DNA from: a virus
Taxonomy: Duplodnaviria; Caudoviricetes
IMG/VR virus record: IMGVR_UViG_3300031867_000001
Coordinates: 128,001-192,000 of that record
Length of the DNA: 64,000 nucleotides
Reading direction: 5' to 3' (one strand)
Part shown: positions 1 through 10,602 of the stretch, in pieces
Layout of the letters: every line of letters begins with the position of its first letter
How positions within the stretch are numbered: the stretch's first letter is position 1
Translations under genes and position numbers: made by a program
The notes under the pieces: model-generated
The model's input: the letters and a program-made list of their open reading frames with translations, nothing else
Databases searched by the model: none
What the model was told of the DNA's origin: nothing

Positions 1-3000
1 GGAAGTATATGCAATTCCATTCTTTGTACCAAGTACATTCACGTAGTGTGGAGATGTGGATCGTGTTCCAAATCCACTACCGGATCCAATGACTGTGATT
101 GGATTGTTTGGTGTTGCACGATGCAACGATGTAGTTGTAACACCACCAGGTGTATACCCAATACCCATCGCACTTGCGGTATTAAGGAACCCAGATACAG
201 ATGTTCCACGTTTGGTAGAATAATTGCCGGACGCATACATTGCCGAAGTCAACGAACGTGGATCAACACGTGAACCAGTTCTACGTGATGCAGCATCAGC
301 AAGTGCGATTGGACCACATCCATGTTTTGCCATGTTGAGATATGTTCCATACGAACCTTGATCACCTGAACCATATGTTCCATCCAGATTCATTCCATTT
401 GTTGGCATTCTGTCTGGCAGTGTTGTCTCAGTCGTATTGGGTTCAGTTTTCTTCTTAGTAGGATTATCCAGACCCATCATCATCAATGTACCGTTGACGG
501 TATTATCGATACCCTTGTCGATAATCTCCAATCCAGACAATGATAACTTTTCACCAGTTTTCTCAAGTGCATTGTTTCCGGTAAAGTGTGCTACTAATGA
601 ACCGATTCCTTCAATGACAGTACCAATCGCATGTAAATTATGTCCAAAGCCCATCTCAATCGCACCAAGAATGGATTGAATTAAACCAATACCAGTCTTG
701 AGCTGTTGAACGAATGTGCCAACAAAGAATTTAGCAGCAGACATCTGAATCTTGATGAGAGGCTCCATCAATTCCCAGAACGGTTGTGCAATATCAAATA
801 TCATATCCGTAACGACTGTTACAAGATTACCCAATGCTTCACCGATCTCTTCTGCGTATGGTAACATTTCATCCATGAATGGTTCAAACTGACTAAAGAA
901 CTGATCAGCCAATTCACCATACTTTTCAAAGTAATCACTTAATGCATCAAGAATTGGTTCAAGAATCTTGACAATTGCTTCAAGTCCCTTGGTGATATTT
1001 GCAATAACCGATCCAAGCATCTTTGCAAGACCACGTACAATCTTTGCAACCATTGTTGCGAGTGATGTTAATGTCTTGGAAATTGCATTGATCAATGGTT
1101 TCAGTGTCTTTGTCAGATCCTTGATCAAATCATTGATTGGTTTCAGACCCTTTGTCAATGCTTTGGAGATTAAATCGAGCAATGTCTTGGTTGCAGCCAT
1201 GGATGCAATCACTGTCAACAGTATCTTTGTGATACCCATTAATGCAGAACGGATACCTTTTCCAATCAGCGAAATTGCACCAATTCCGGTTGCAGCAGCT
1301 GCGGCTCCTGCACCTGCTTCAGCACCTACAGTCGTTGCGCCAGCTTGTACTGTACCACCAACAGTTGTTGTGGCATTTGCCGGAATAGGTGTTGGTGGCG
1401 GTGTTGGTGTGCTATTTGCCATGTAGAATCCTTCTGCGCCAGTTGTTGTAAATGTCGTTCCACCAGGTTGCATTTGTGGAGTACCAATACCAGTGTTTTG
1501 TGTTTTAACAGTTGATGGTTGTTCTTTGGCTTTATTATCAACTGATTGTTTTACTTCCCCCACTGCCTCAACAACCTCTTCAATACTACCCTCTATTGAA
1601 GAAATATGTTCTTCCAATGTTTCGTCGTTTTCCTCATCTTTTTCATCCATCTTGTTAACGATACTGGTCTTTGTTGATTGAATACCTTCAACAACTTGAA
1701 CCAATAAGCCATTGATATTTTGAACGTCCTCCCTGATATTAGCCGTATCTTCTTTTACTTGGACGGATGTTTCTAACTCACCAATTCCTTCAGATTCTCC
1801 TGGATGAAAGAAGTTGGAAACTTTACCCTTGATGTCAGATATCTTATTCTTGGCTTTGGAATACAAACCATGTGTTGCAACATCGAGTAATTGACCAGCT
1901 CCTTCTTTGATCATTTGTCCACCGGCTTTAACATCCTTAACACCACTGGACAATCCCTTCTTGATCAATGCCAATGCGGGTTTGAATAATACACCAAGTA
2001 TTCTGGTGACTGGAGCGAGTAATGTTGTTATAGGAGCGAATAATGTTTTTGCACCACTGAACAAACGAGACACAATACTCTTCGGTTTTTCCTCTTCTTT
2101 CTTGGAACCAAGTGTTTTACCAATCTTGGAAACCAAATCACGAGCACGTGTCTTGTAATCAGCATTCTTAAACGAATTGGAGAGTTGGTTTAAGACATTA
2201 TTATCTTCAGCAATGTCTTGGTCTGATACAGCAGCTGTCATACCGGTCTGGAACATCATCATGTCCATGAGAGAATCATTGACATTGAATTTAGTTCCAC
2301 CAGTTATGTCTCCGCCATTTGTATAACTAATTCCATCTGGTAGTTGGGGAGGGTCGTCTGACGATGAATCACCACCACCATCAGATGCATTTTGTTGAGC
2401 ATGTGAACCACCGCTACGTTTCTTGACGGTGAATCTTTGCACAGGACGTTGATGATTGACTGGAGCTGCTTGAATTGGCATGTCAACAACAGTTGTTTGG
2501 ATAGATCCAGTCTTCAGAATCGAAAGAATATCAGCCAATGAATCAGTGACGGATTTTTGATAAGCCATCATGGTTTTGTTTGGTTTGAACAATGTTGTGT
2601 TTTCTGTTTTGATTGTGGTTTTACCACTTAAGATACCATATGCATTTTCAATATCATTTTTAAATTGCTCATTCGTATCACCATATTCATTTGGATTTAA
2701 TTTCCGTTCCAATTCGTCAATAAGCTTCTTAAGCTGTTTCTCTTCATCACGTTCTTCCTTGGTTCTCTTTCGTTGTGATGCAAGTTCATCAATACGATAT
2801 TGTGCTGCATTCAATTGATTCATCAAACCGATTCGTTCTTTATCAGAGAAGAACTCATCAAATGCATCTTGCATTTTGCCATTATGTGCAGTTCCGAGAT
2901 TCTGGATATTGGAAGTATTCTGGGCATGCTGGGTTAACATTGTCACTTGCTTTCCCAATGCTTCATTGATTGATGCAATGAACTCGGTTAATCCACCACC

Positions 3001-4479
3001 ACCAAGTGTTGAATTACCAGACGCAATAAGGACCATGAAATATTGGTCTACTAAGGAAGCCCAATACGACAAGTTTCCACCATTTGTTTTTTGTAAGAAT
3101 TTCGCAACATTGGATTTGATATCATCGCGATATGTTTTACTACGAACAATGTTTTCGGTCATTCGTTTTAAACCATTATTCTGTAACCATATCGTTGATC
3201 CAGCAACAACCAATCGTCCGATTGTATCCAACTCTGTATTGTCAATATCAAGTCTGGTTAACAATTCATTTCGAACTCCGCGGTTGACAACACCACTACC
3301 CATCGACTGATAAGATGATCGAACGACTTGCTTGAAGTCATTGACTTGAATACCTGAAGACAACGTACCCATTTGTGTGACATGATAATTCTTACCAGTT
3401 AATGCTCCAGCAATTACTCTCAAATATTCTGGGATAACAGTCACAATGGATTGACGTGTCATGTTGTCGAATATTGCACGTTCTTTGTTAAACGTGTTTT
3501 TTGCCATATATTTGTAATCGATATTACCTTCTCCAGCATTGATATCAAACTCGATTAAATCGGATAACTTATTAAATACTTTAGAATCAAATATGCTGGC
3601 AATGGATCTGGATATCATATTACCAATTCCACGATTCAATTCTTGACCAAGTTCATCAATCGATCTACCACCGAATTTTGCAATACCTCTATTTTTCAAA
3701 TCACCGAGTGGAGTGATATCAATAAGACCACTGATCAATTGTGCGGGTGAAACTTGCTCTTTAACCAAATCGGCTATTTGAACACCTGTTGACAACAATG
3801 ATTCGTCAATCATTTTCTTGAAACCTTCTGAGAAAGATTTCAATGTGAATCTACCTTCATCATTCAACATCGAATCATATTGATTCACTGCTTCTTGATT
3901 TTGTTGAATACCCAGTGATTGTAATTTGATTAATGCATCTAATTTACCATCGATCTTGGTTAACGTATCATTCGTTGTTCTGAGTGCGGCAGTAATCAAA
4001 TTTGTTTGATTAACGATTGTCGTTTTGATTTCGGAAATGTTCATAATGGACGTTTCAGCTTGCTTACCAGCAATCTTATACATCGCATTGACTTGTCCTT
4101 TGGCAATGTTACGAATTTCCTCTGTATCTTGTTTTACCTTTGTAACAGATTCTTCTTCGCCATTATCATCATTGACTAATTTGAATCCGGCATCAAAATC
4201 GGATTCAGAATCATCATTATCGAAATCATACTCACTTGTCGAATCAGCACTACTATAGAACCAATCGACAAATTTCTTCATACCATTCTTTCGTAAATCG
4301 GTAAATACTTCTTTAGCAGTATTCTTACCACCATTGAGTTGATTACCAAGCTCTTGAGCATCTGTCTTCAGTTGACTGATGTTTTCAACATATGGAGATG
4401 CTTGCAGTTTAAATACTTCTCCAACAATCTTTGCAGTTTGCATTGCAAAATTACGATTGTTTTTGTTTTTATTTGGCAT
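1..4479 (-). CDS. Tape-measure-like large virion protein (phiKZ gp181-like) with a papain-like C39-type peptidase domain; 3'-partial, runs off the window start
   Basis: Absent from the ORF track because no stop falls inside the window. ATG at 4479 follows AAGGTGGTG and reads MPNKNKNNRNFAMQTAKIVG. Contains RAIFDNMTRQSIVTVIPEYLRVI (resembles the gp181-like N-terminal motif), long helical/low-complexity tracts, and HGCGPIALA...HYVNVLG (Cys/His dyad) near positions 30-340. Confidence 0.75.
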   Translation of the reverse strand, partial: MPNKNKNNRNFAMQTAKIVGEVFKLQASPYVENISQLKTDAQELGNQLNGGKNTAKEVFTDLRKNGMKKFVDWFYSSADSTSEYDFDNDDSESDFDAGFKLVNDDNGEEESVTKVKQDTEEIRNIAKGQVNAMYKIAGKQAETSIMNISEIKTTIVNQTNLITAALRTTNDTLTKIDGKLDALIKLQSLGIQQNQEAVNQYDSMLNDEGRFTLKSFSEGFKKMIDESLLSTGVQIADLVKEQVSPAQLISGLIDITPLGDLKNRGIAKFGGRSIDELGQELNRGIGNMISRSIASIFDSKVFNKLSDLIEFDINAGEGNIDYKYMAKNTFNKERAIFDNMTRQSIVTVIPEYLRVIAGALTGKNYHVTQMGTLSSGIQVNDFKQVVRSSYQSMGSGVVNRGVRNELLTRLDIDNTELDTIGRLVVAGSTIWLQNNGLKRMTENIVRSKTYRDDIKSNVAKFLQKTNGGNLSYWASLVDQYFMVLIASGNSTLGGGGLTEFIASINEALGKQVTMLTQHAQNTSNIQNLGTAHNGKMQDAFDEFFSDKERIGLMNQLNAAQYRIDELASQRKRTKEERDEEKQLKKLIDELERKLNPNEYGDTNEQFKNDIENAYGILSGKTTIKTENTTLFKPNKTMMAYQKSVTDSLADILSILKTGSIQTTVVDMPIQAAPVNHQRPVQRFTVKKRSGGSHAQQNASDGGGDSSSDDPPQLPDGISYTNGGDITGGTKFNVNDSLMDMMMFQTGMTAAVSDQDIAEDNNVLNQLSNSFKNADYKTRARDLVSKIGKTLGSKKEEEKPKSIVSRLFSGAKTLFAPITTLLAPVTRILGVLFKPALALIKKGLSSGVKDVKAGGQMIKEGAGQLLDVATHGLYSKAKNKISDIKGKVSNFFHPGESEGIGELETSVQVKEDTANIREDVQNINGLLVQVVEGIQSTKTSIVNKMDEKDEENDETLEEHISSIEGSIEEVVEAVGEVKQSVDNKAKEQPSTVKTQNTGIGTPQMQPGGTTFTTTGAEGFYMANSTPTPPPTPIPANATTTVGGTVQAGATTVGAEAGAGAAAAATGIGAISLIGKGIRSALMGITKILLTVIASMAATKTLLDLISKALTKGLKPINDLIKDLTKTLKPLINAISKTLTSLATMVAKIVRGLAKMLGSVIANITKGLEAIVKILEPILDALSDYFEKYGELADQFFSQFEPFMDEMLPYAEEIGEALGNLVTVVTDMIFDIAQPFWELMEPLIKIQMSAAKFFVGTFVQQLKTGIGLIQSILGAIEMGFGHNLHAIGTVIEGIGSLVAHFTGNNALEKTGEKLSLSGLEIIDKGIDNTVNGTLMMMGLDNPTKKKTEPNTTETTLPDRMPTNGMNLDGTYGSGDQGSYGTYLNMAKHGCGPIALADAASRRTGSRVDPRSLTSAMYASGNYSTKRGTSVSGFLNTASAMGIGYTPGGVTTTSLHRATPNNPITVIGSGSGFGTRSTSPHYVNVLGTKNGIAYTS

Positions 4480-4501
4480 TTGTTTACACCACCTTTATGA
4501 A

Positions 4502-4529
4502 GTATGGTGGTGGTATACCACCACCATAC
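4502..4529. terminator. 28-bp perfect palindrome GTATGGTGGTGGTA/TACCACCACCATAC
   Basis: Intergenic inverted repeat between the neck and tape-measure genes. Confidence 0.6.
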
Positions 4530-4543
4530 GTCTCATTATACAT

Positions 4544-5305
4544 TTAAAAGAATTGAACAAGTTCAGCCACTTCATCCAAATGAAATGTGGATGTCCATTT
4601 ATCAATCAATTCATTTCGTTGTGATTCAGCATTGGACCAATCATCAATCTTCAGTTGAATCTCTTTGAATGCTCCACCGACATTCACCATATTCTTCAAT
4701 TGATTATATAATGTCATTTGAACATCCAATCGAGCCAACTTCATAAATGATTCCACACAGGAGTACGGAATCGTTTCTCCACTTGGATCGTGATCACATT
4801 TTACAACAAATTGAATCCATCCATCTTTTGGGAAATTAAATAATTGCACCTTATTAAATCCCAACCATTTGGATGTTGGTACAGCACCAGTCAATCCAGC
4901 ATACTTATTAATTGCAGCACCAGTCTGTGTTGCATTCATAATGTCTTGTGGATAATATGAACCGAAACCAACGAATGGAGAAGTTGTTGTAAATGCATTC
5001 ATTGTTGATTCTGCATTTGTTAATTTATCCGGAGCAACATATGCATCTGCATACTGGACATGAGTTGTTGTTAAAGATTCCGGTAGATAGAAAATACCAA
5101 CTCTACCACTCATCTCGTCTGGAGATCTTAAATTCTTATACTGTTCATATCCTTCTTTGATATGGGGTTTAAAACGTGAAAACGTTCTGATGGATGTTTC
5201 CAAGATATTGGATATAATATTCTCAGTTGAATCATTGAATGGTAATGCAATTGTATTCAATCCCAATGTCAATTTCAAATCATGAACAACTTCCGAAATA
5301 TTCAT
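4544..5305 (-). CDS. Putative neck/head-completion protein (T4 gp13-like)
   Basis: N-terminal LKLTLG...IRTFSRFKP and C-terminal GGAFKEIQLKIDDWSNAESQRNELIDKW resemble the gp13 pattern; lies between head and tail genes. Confidence 0.5.
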   Translation of the reverse strand: MNISEVVHDLKLTLGLNTIALPFNDSTENIISNILETSIRTFSRFKPHIKEGYEQYKNLRSPDEMSGRVGIFYLPESLTTTHVQYADAYVAPDKLTNAESTMNAFTTTSPFVGFGSYYPQDIMNATQTGAAINKYAGLTGAVPTSKWLGFNKVQLFNFPKDGWIQFVVKCDHDPSGETIPYSCVESFMKLARLDVQMTLYNQLKNMVNVGGAFKEIQLKIDDWSNAESQRNELIDKWTSTFHLDEVAELVQFF

Positions 5306-5316
5306 ACGACTTCACC

Positions 5317-5859
5317 TCAAATGCTTTTATGCATAACCGGAGTAGTTTTATCTGAATAAGCAGAAGTAATGCTCGAAGGTACTGCTTTACCTTGTGTAAT
5401 CCACAGATAAATTTGCATATCATCATGGAATACTTTACCGATCTTACGATATTGACGATCGGTGATAATCAACATTGCTTTTGCTTCCGTATCGATCAAA
5501 TCGTCCAAGTCTTGCATTTTATCTTGTAAGCGTTTTGTCAGCTGTAAGAACGTACGATTGATGTTTTGGAATTCTCCAAGTGAAATAGTCTGACGATAGT
5601 TCGTTGTATCAGAAAACATCTTGTTGTAAAAGGCTTCAGTTGATGCAGCAACTTTACCACGATATGTATCTTCATCATCGTTCTTGTATTTCATATATCC
5701 ATCCAAGTAATCAATCATTTCAGTCAACATCTTCTCATAGTATAAGATGGAATATTTTCCATATTTATCATAAGAAGTATTTGTCTGTTTAAATCCATCT
5801 TGAACATCCACAAACAGATCTTGATTGTTCGAGATGAATTGTTTAATATGCATATCCAT
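5317..5859 (-). CDS. Hypothetical protein (structural operon)
   Basis: Start moved to the ATG at 5859 after AGGAGGTG; TAATG overlap with the upstream gene. Confidence 0.7.
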   Translation of the reverse strand: MDMHIKQFISNNQDLFVDVQDGFKQTNTSYDKYGKYSILYYEKMLTEMIDYLDGYMKYKNDDEDTYRGKVAASTEAFYNKMFSDTTNYRQTISLGEFQNINRTFLQLTKRLQDKMQDLDDLIDTEAKAMLIITDRQYRKIGKVFHDDMQIYLWITQGKAVPSSITSAYSDKTTPVMHKSI

Positions 5860-7847
5860 TAATATACACCTCCTGGAGATAAGATTGCTTTCCACATTCT
5901 ATCATTATGATTGATTGGTTTAATCTGAAGAATTCTGGTTAACAACCGATTCAAATCAGTTTGCATCTGTACCAGATACTGACGAGTGTGAGGTACGATG
6001 TAACGTTCGTCCTTGGTATCAATACATGTGATATAGAAATCTACCAATTCCAATTTCGCACATGTATAAGAAGCCAACATAGCTTGATCGTTAGCGTCCT
6101 TAATTGCATTAATCTCGACGGTAATGTATGCCACCACGTCTCGAGGAATTGGCTTTAACTTCTTAGGACGTTTGAACAATCCTTCTTGAATGTATTCATC
6201 ATATACATCATCAACATATGATTCATTAACATCCCCAACGAGTTTACCTTGCTTCTTCATTTCTTCAATATCTTCATCACTAAATACAACGATAGATCTC
6301 ATGTAGTATTTAAGCTCAGTGGTGATTGAAGTAATGGATTTAATGAAGTATTCGAAATACTCACGCCACAAACGTTCATCGAATTCTTCATTCTTACGAT
6401 TTTGCTTATTCCATGCTTTAAAAGCTTTAATACCAGCTGATATGATTTTTGATTCATTTTCAATACTTGCTTGATTTGCAGCAAGAATCGTTCTTATCAC
6501 AGAATTGGAAGATTTTGTATAAATTGTATAATTACTCGGTTCCTTTCTTGCATTCTTGAGAACCGTCTTTTGCTGCTCAATACAAGACTTATACTTATCA
6601 CAAACCTCTTTAAGCACCTGGGTATGCTGTTTAATTTTGTTAGCATCATTCGATGCATTATCCATTGCCAAGAACTTCCAAGCTTCTTTCAAACGGTTGA
6701 ATTCAGCATCTTTGAGTGGTGCACTTGGCATATCTTTTAAGACACCAATCGCTTTATTAGCATCAATGGCTTTATTGATTGACTTGGTTCTATTGTTGAT
6801 CTCCATCTTTTCGAAATTAGAGATAATGATCAAGAATGTACGACGGAACCACTGCTTGATCTTCTCCCAAGTACTTTCAAGCTTGGATTCCTTATTTGCA
6901 TCAGATGCTTGACCAGTTTCCATATAATATTTCATTTCATTAGGATCCATTGATGCATAAACCAGATCAAGCTCTTGATACAACTCATTCAGCTCATTGA
7001 TATTGATACCAAACTCGTTGAAGATTGCATACTCGGTCATTGTTGAAGAATCTTCAGTTGGAGTAGTTTCACTTTCTCCAGATTCAATCTCACCATCTTC
7101 ATCGAATGTATCAACATCACCACATTCACCACATTCATCGATATCATCAATGTCGTCGTTCTTGGATTCGAAATCTTCATCATCGATATCTTTCGCTTTG
7201 GATTCACCATCACCAAATCCATCATCAATGTCATTCACCGTCAGAGTGTCACTGGGTTCAACACTATTGATATTCTTGATTTCATCATCAATACCACGTA
7301 TTGCTTTACGGAACTTCAAAGACAACTTACCAGAATCCTTAGCGTCGATATAAGAACCGATTAAGTCATTGATGTTATCATCATTACCATGATCGATCAC
7401 ATCTTTTGTGAAGTTAATACCGTTCTGAATATCTGTTTCGTCAGTACCGAAACGCCCTTCATGGTTCATTGCACCAACAACAGGACCCATTGAATATTTC
7501 AATACGGCAGGTCGATCAAACCCTCTGTTGGTCATACCCGTCATTGGGAGTTTTGTCATTGCAATATAATCACATGTGTTTTTAACGGTATTTGCATCAT
7601 CGAATAATGTACCGGTTGCAATTGCATCAACAACCGCATTTTCAACAACCATGTCCATATCATTCGGAAGCATCAATTCAATTGTATTGTCTGTTCCGAA
7701 CAACCGAGGAACATCACCATCATATTCGTGAATAATGAATTCCTTATCTTTTACGATATCAGGAAACACAATTGTTAATGCTTGATTGAGAGTGGATACG
7801 TTTCGATTATGAATCGAAACTTGTACCAGATCTTTCAACAGACTCAT
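5859..7847 (-). CDS. Putative inner head/virion protein, probably proteolytically processed
   Basis: 662 aa with an acidic linker and several candidate maturation sites (YYME-T, VNE-S, YIQE-G). Confidence 0.6.
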   Translation of the reverse strand: MSLLKDLVQVSIHNRNVSTLNQALTIVFPDIVKDKEFIIHEYDGDVPRLFGTDNTIELMLPNDMDMVVENAVVDAIATGTLFDDANTVKNTCDYIAMTKLPMTGMTNRGFDRPAVLKYSMGPVVGAMNHEGRFGTDETDIQNGINFTKDVIDHGNDDNINDLIGSYIDAKDSGKLSLKFRKAIRGIDDEIKNINSVEPSDTLTVNDIDDGFGDGESKAKDIDDEDFESKNDDIDDIDECGECGDVDTFDEDGEIESGESETTPTEDSSTMTEYAIFNEFGININELNELYQELDLVYASMDPNEMKYYMETGQASDANKESKLESTWEKIKQWFRRTFLIIISNFEKMEINNRTKSINKAIDANKAIGVLKDMPSAPLKDAEFNRLKEAWKFLAMDNASNDANKIKQHTQVLKEVCDKYKSCIEQQKTVLKNARKEPSNYTIYTKSSNSVIRTILAANQASIENESKIISAGIKAFKAWNKQNRKNEEFDERLWREYFEYFIKSITSITTELKYYMRSIVVFSDEDIEEMKKQGKLVGDVNESYVDDVYDEYIQEGLFKRPKKLKPIPRDVVAYITVEINAIKDANDQAMLASYTCAKLELVDFYITCIDTKDERYIVPHTRQYLVQMQTDLNRLLTRILQIKPINHNDRMWKAILSPGGVY

Positions 7848-7886
7848 TTTTTACTCAACTCACTTTCTTATTATTAGGAGGATTTT

Positions 7887-8369
7887 ATGGAAATCACAAA
7901 TCTAATTGAATGTATTCTGATTGTTGCAGTTCAAGTTATTTGCACAATCATCATTTGCTTATTCGTCAATATCAAATATGAAGTTTTAAAGCAATTAATG
8001 AAATTGGATCGTAATGATATGTTTGATTCATTCAAAAGCACAAATGCATTGATCAATACAAATACTGAAGAGTTGAACCAGTTATCGGAGAGTTTAAAGG
8101 TGTATACCAGTACATTACTTGAGAAAGCATCTAATGATAATACACATGGAAAACTACCAACACCTGAAGAAGAAAAACAAATTACAGAAACAATCAAAGA
8201 CTTGATTGCAACCGAAGTTGCATTAGCATCAAGTTTACGTTCTCCACATAAAGATTCCTTAAAGGATATTGTGTTTAAAACAGTTGATACATATCCAGAC
8301 ATTGATATTGAATACATATGTAGAAAAGTTGTCTCGATTATTGAATTATACACAAAAGGACTTTCATAA
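7887..8369 (+). CDS. Hypothetical protein with N-terminal transmembrane helix
   Basis: AGGAGG SD; hydrophobic residues ~6-28. Confidence 0.7.
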   Translation: MEITNLIECILIVAVQVICTIIICLFVNIKYEVLKQLMKLDRNDMFDSFKSTNALINTNTEELNQLSESLKVYTSTLLEKASNDNTHGKLPTPEEEKQITETIKDLIATEVALASSLRSPHKDSLKDIVFKTVDTYPDIDIEYICRKVVSIIELYTKGLS

Positions 8370-8381
8370 AAACAAATGGAT

Positions 8382-8403
8382 TACCGGGGCATATGCCCCG
8401 GTA
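8382..8403. terminator. Bidirectional terminator-like palindrome TACCGGGGCATATGCCCCGGTA
   Basis: 22-bp perfect palindrome between convergent genes, 3' of the capsid gene. Confidence 0.75.
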
Positions 8404-8437
8404 TCCACTTATAATACTCACATTTTTACAGATTCGA

Positions 8438-10585
8438 TTACGGAGTGTTGCCGCCGTCAGTACCGGAACCATCATTCTCAGTAGCGTCAGTGGTAGTAAC
8501 CAGACCCGCCTTGGAATCAGGAACGAGAACAGTATTCTTGAATACGATTCTACCCTGGATGCCCTGGATAGCAATGGTCTTGTACTGTGCAGAAGTAGTT
8601 ACATATACTGCTGCACCACCCGGATTAGCTGCATCTGCATATGCTGCATTCTCAGGAGAGTTCGTCAGGTGACGAGCGAATCTGAGGTGCTTGTAAGAGA
8701 TGTGGAACTTATCCATCGGGTAAGCCACGATGTGGTAGAAGTACTCACGAGATACATCGGTCTCCTCAGTATTCTCCTGATATGCTGGAATGGTGGTGTA
8801 TGCATCAATTCTGTTAGAAGCAACTACACGTACCGGAGTCTCGAAGTCAGTCATAACGCCGAAGCTGTGGTTCATCTGAACACCACCGATCTCGGTGCTC
8901 TTCTGTACAGTCCAAGTTACGAACTTCTGAATCAGACGGATAGCCTTCGGGTTACCGTATACAACGAAACCAAGGTTCTCCAGCTTGCCTCTGTCACAGA
9001 GCTCATAGATCAGAGATGCGAGAGAGTTGTGAATTGCATTGGTTCTGTACTCCCAAGGATCACCAGCAAAGTTCGGAGACAGTGCGGTCGGATCCATATC
9101 AACATACTCAGTATGAGTGTAGGACTCCAGAGCCCATACGTCGGAATCATAACCGTCGTACTTATCAAACTCCTCATCGAGGAACTCGAGAATGGATTCG
9201 TCCTCGAACATCTCCTGAGCAGTTACGAGCTCCTGAACGAGTCTGTTGTAGAGGTTGAAGTTCAGAGAAGCGTTAGCCTCAGCAAAGTCCTCAACAGTGA
9301 ACGGAAGCTGGAAGCGGCAACCATCAGAAATGAGGAACTTACGGATTTCCGGATACTCACGGAAACCGATGGTTCTCATGTTGGTCTCGTTGGACATACG
9401 ACCATTGATGTAGATACCATCAATCGTGCCGCAAGAAGATGCAGTTACATAACCCTTTACAAAGTCAACGATACCACTCAGTCTGTCTGCAATACCAGTA
9501 ACAGTCTTGCCAGTAGGAAGACCAGTAGCCTCATCGATAATAGCAAGCTTCATATCCTCAGTGATACCACCGTTCAGGAATACACCACCGTTCTGGATAT
9601 CAATTGCGATACCGCCGCCAGGGAGCTTAACCTTAGTACCAGTAGAACCACTCTCTTCGCGAGTGTAGTAAGTACCAGCTACGAACGTCTCAGGTGCAGG
9701 AGTACCCTTATCATCTGCATAGTAACCAGTAGGCCAACCTGCCGGCTCAGTATCAAGAGTTACTGCGGTGTAGGTGTAAGTAGGATCGCCACCCTCAGCG
9801 ATGTGAACGAACTGGATGTTGAAATCGTAAGAAAGACGAGCTCTGAGATTCTCCTGACGATTGAGAGTCATGGGGTTGCCATTGTCATCAAGCAGCCAAG
9901 TGAAGATGTCGAACTTCTTGTTCGGGGAGTTCTTGATAACATCAAGAGAGAGCATTGCCTCATTGATTCTGTAACCCTTACCAGCGTTCCACAGCTTCTT
10001 CCACAGCGGCTTACCATCAGTATCCTTCTTGAAGTAGATAGCCGGAGTCTCATACTCTTCATTGGTCTGGTTGTTTACCAGATACTTGGTGAAGATTCTC
10101 TGTTCAATGTTGGTAGAAGATGCAGTCTGTACCGGAATAATCTCCTTACCCAGGAATCTGATGTACTGCTTAACCAGTGCCGGGAAGTCCAGAGTAGACA
10201 GCGGGAGATAGTTGGAAACGTTATAAGACTCTTGTACCACGAAGGACTTTACAGAAGAATCCCATGCAGAATCGAGCTGATCTGCAACCTGCTCCATATG
10301 CATTCTCTCTGCATCTGTCTCAGCAGGATAAGAACGAAGCTCCTCAAGAATCGGATCAAGCAGAGTAGTCTTATACTCAGTCATGATCTCGGGGTTCTCA
10401 AGCATTCTCTTAGCATCAGCCATTACGTTGACGCCGTATGTATGCTTAAGATCACCAACGGTCTGCTCAAACCGAGAATCGAAATTATCACGGAGACCTC
10501 TGAGTTCATTATCAGCCAGGCTGTTGATCATTGCCTGCTGTTCCTGGAACCAAGTTCCATGTGTAGCATTACGTGAAAAAGCCAT
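8438..10585 (-). CDS. Major capsid protein precursor
   Basis: 715 aa, downstream of protease and scaffold-like genes. Strongest codon bias in the window. N-terminal propeptide ends near FVVQE-S. Size is typical of phiKZ/AR9-like MCPs. Confidence 0.8.
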   Translation of the reverse strand: MAFSRNATHGTWFQEQQAMINSLADNELRGLRDNFDSRFEQTVGDLKHTYGVNVMADAKRMLENPEIMTEYKTTLLDPILEELRSYPAETDAERMHMEQVADQLDSAWDSSVKSFVVQESYNVSNYLPLSTLDFPALVKQYIRFLGKEIIPVQTASSTNIEQRIFTKYLVNNQTNEEYETPAIYFKKDTDGKPLWKKLWNAGKGYRINEAMLSLDVIKNSPNKKFDIFTWLLDDNGNPMTLNRQENLRARLSYDFNIQFVHIAEGGDPTYTYTAVTLDTEPAGWPTGYYADDKGTPAPETFVAGTYYTREESGSTGTKVKLPGGGIAIDIQNGGVFLNGGITEDMKLAIIDEATGLPTGKTVTGIADRLSGIVDFVKGYVTASSCGTIDGIYINGRMSNETNMRTIGFREYPEIRKFLISDGCRFQLPFTVEDFAEANASLNFNLYNRLVQELVTAQEMFEDESILEFLDEEFDKYDGYDSDVWALESYTHTEYVDMDPTALSPNFAGDPWEYRTNAIHNSLASLIYELCDRGKLENLGFVVYGNPKAIRLIQKFVTWTVQKSTEIGGVQMNHSFGVMTDFETPVRVVASNRIDAYTTIPAYQENTEETDVSREYFYHIVAYPMDKFHISYKHLRFARHLTNSPENAAYADAANPGGAAVYVTTSAQYKTIAIQGIQGRIVFKNTVLVPDSKAGLVTTTDATENDGSGTDGGNTP

Positions 10586-10602
10586 TAAAAATCGCTCCTT
10601 TT

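Noticed and set aside
39-4624. Many short ORFs in the first 4.6 kb
   Set aside because: They overlap one long minus-strand ORF (4479 to <1) missed by the track.
8393-10576. 727-aa plus-strand ORF antisense to the capsid gene
   Set aside because: Codon-for-codon shadow of the strongly biased MCP gene; no SD and an unnatural composition.
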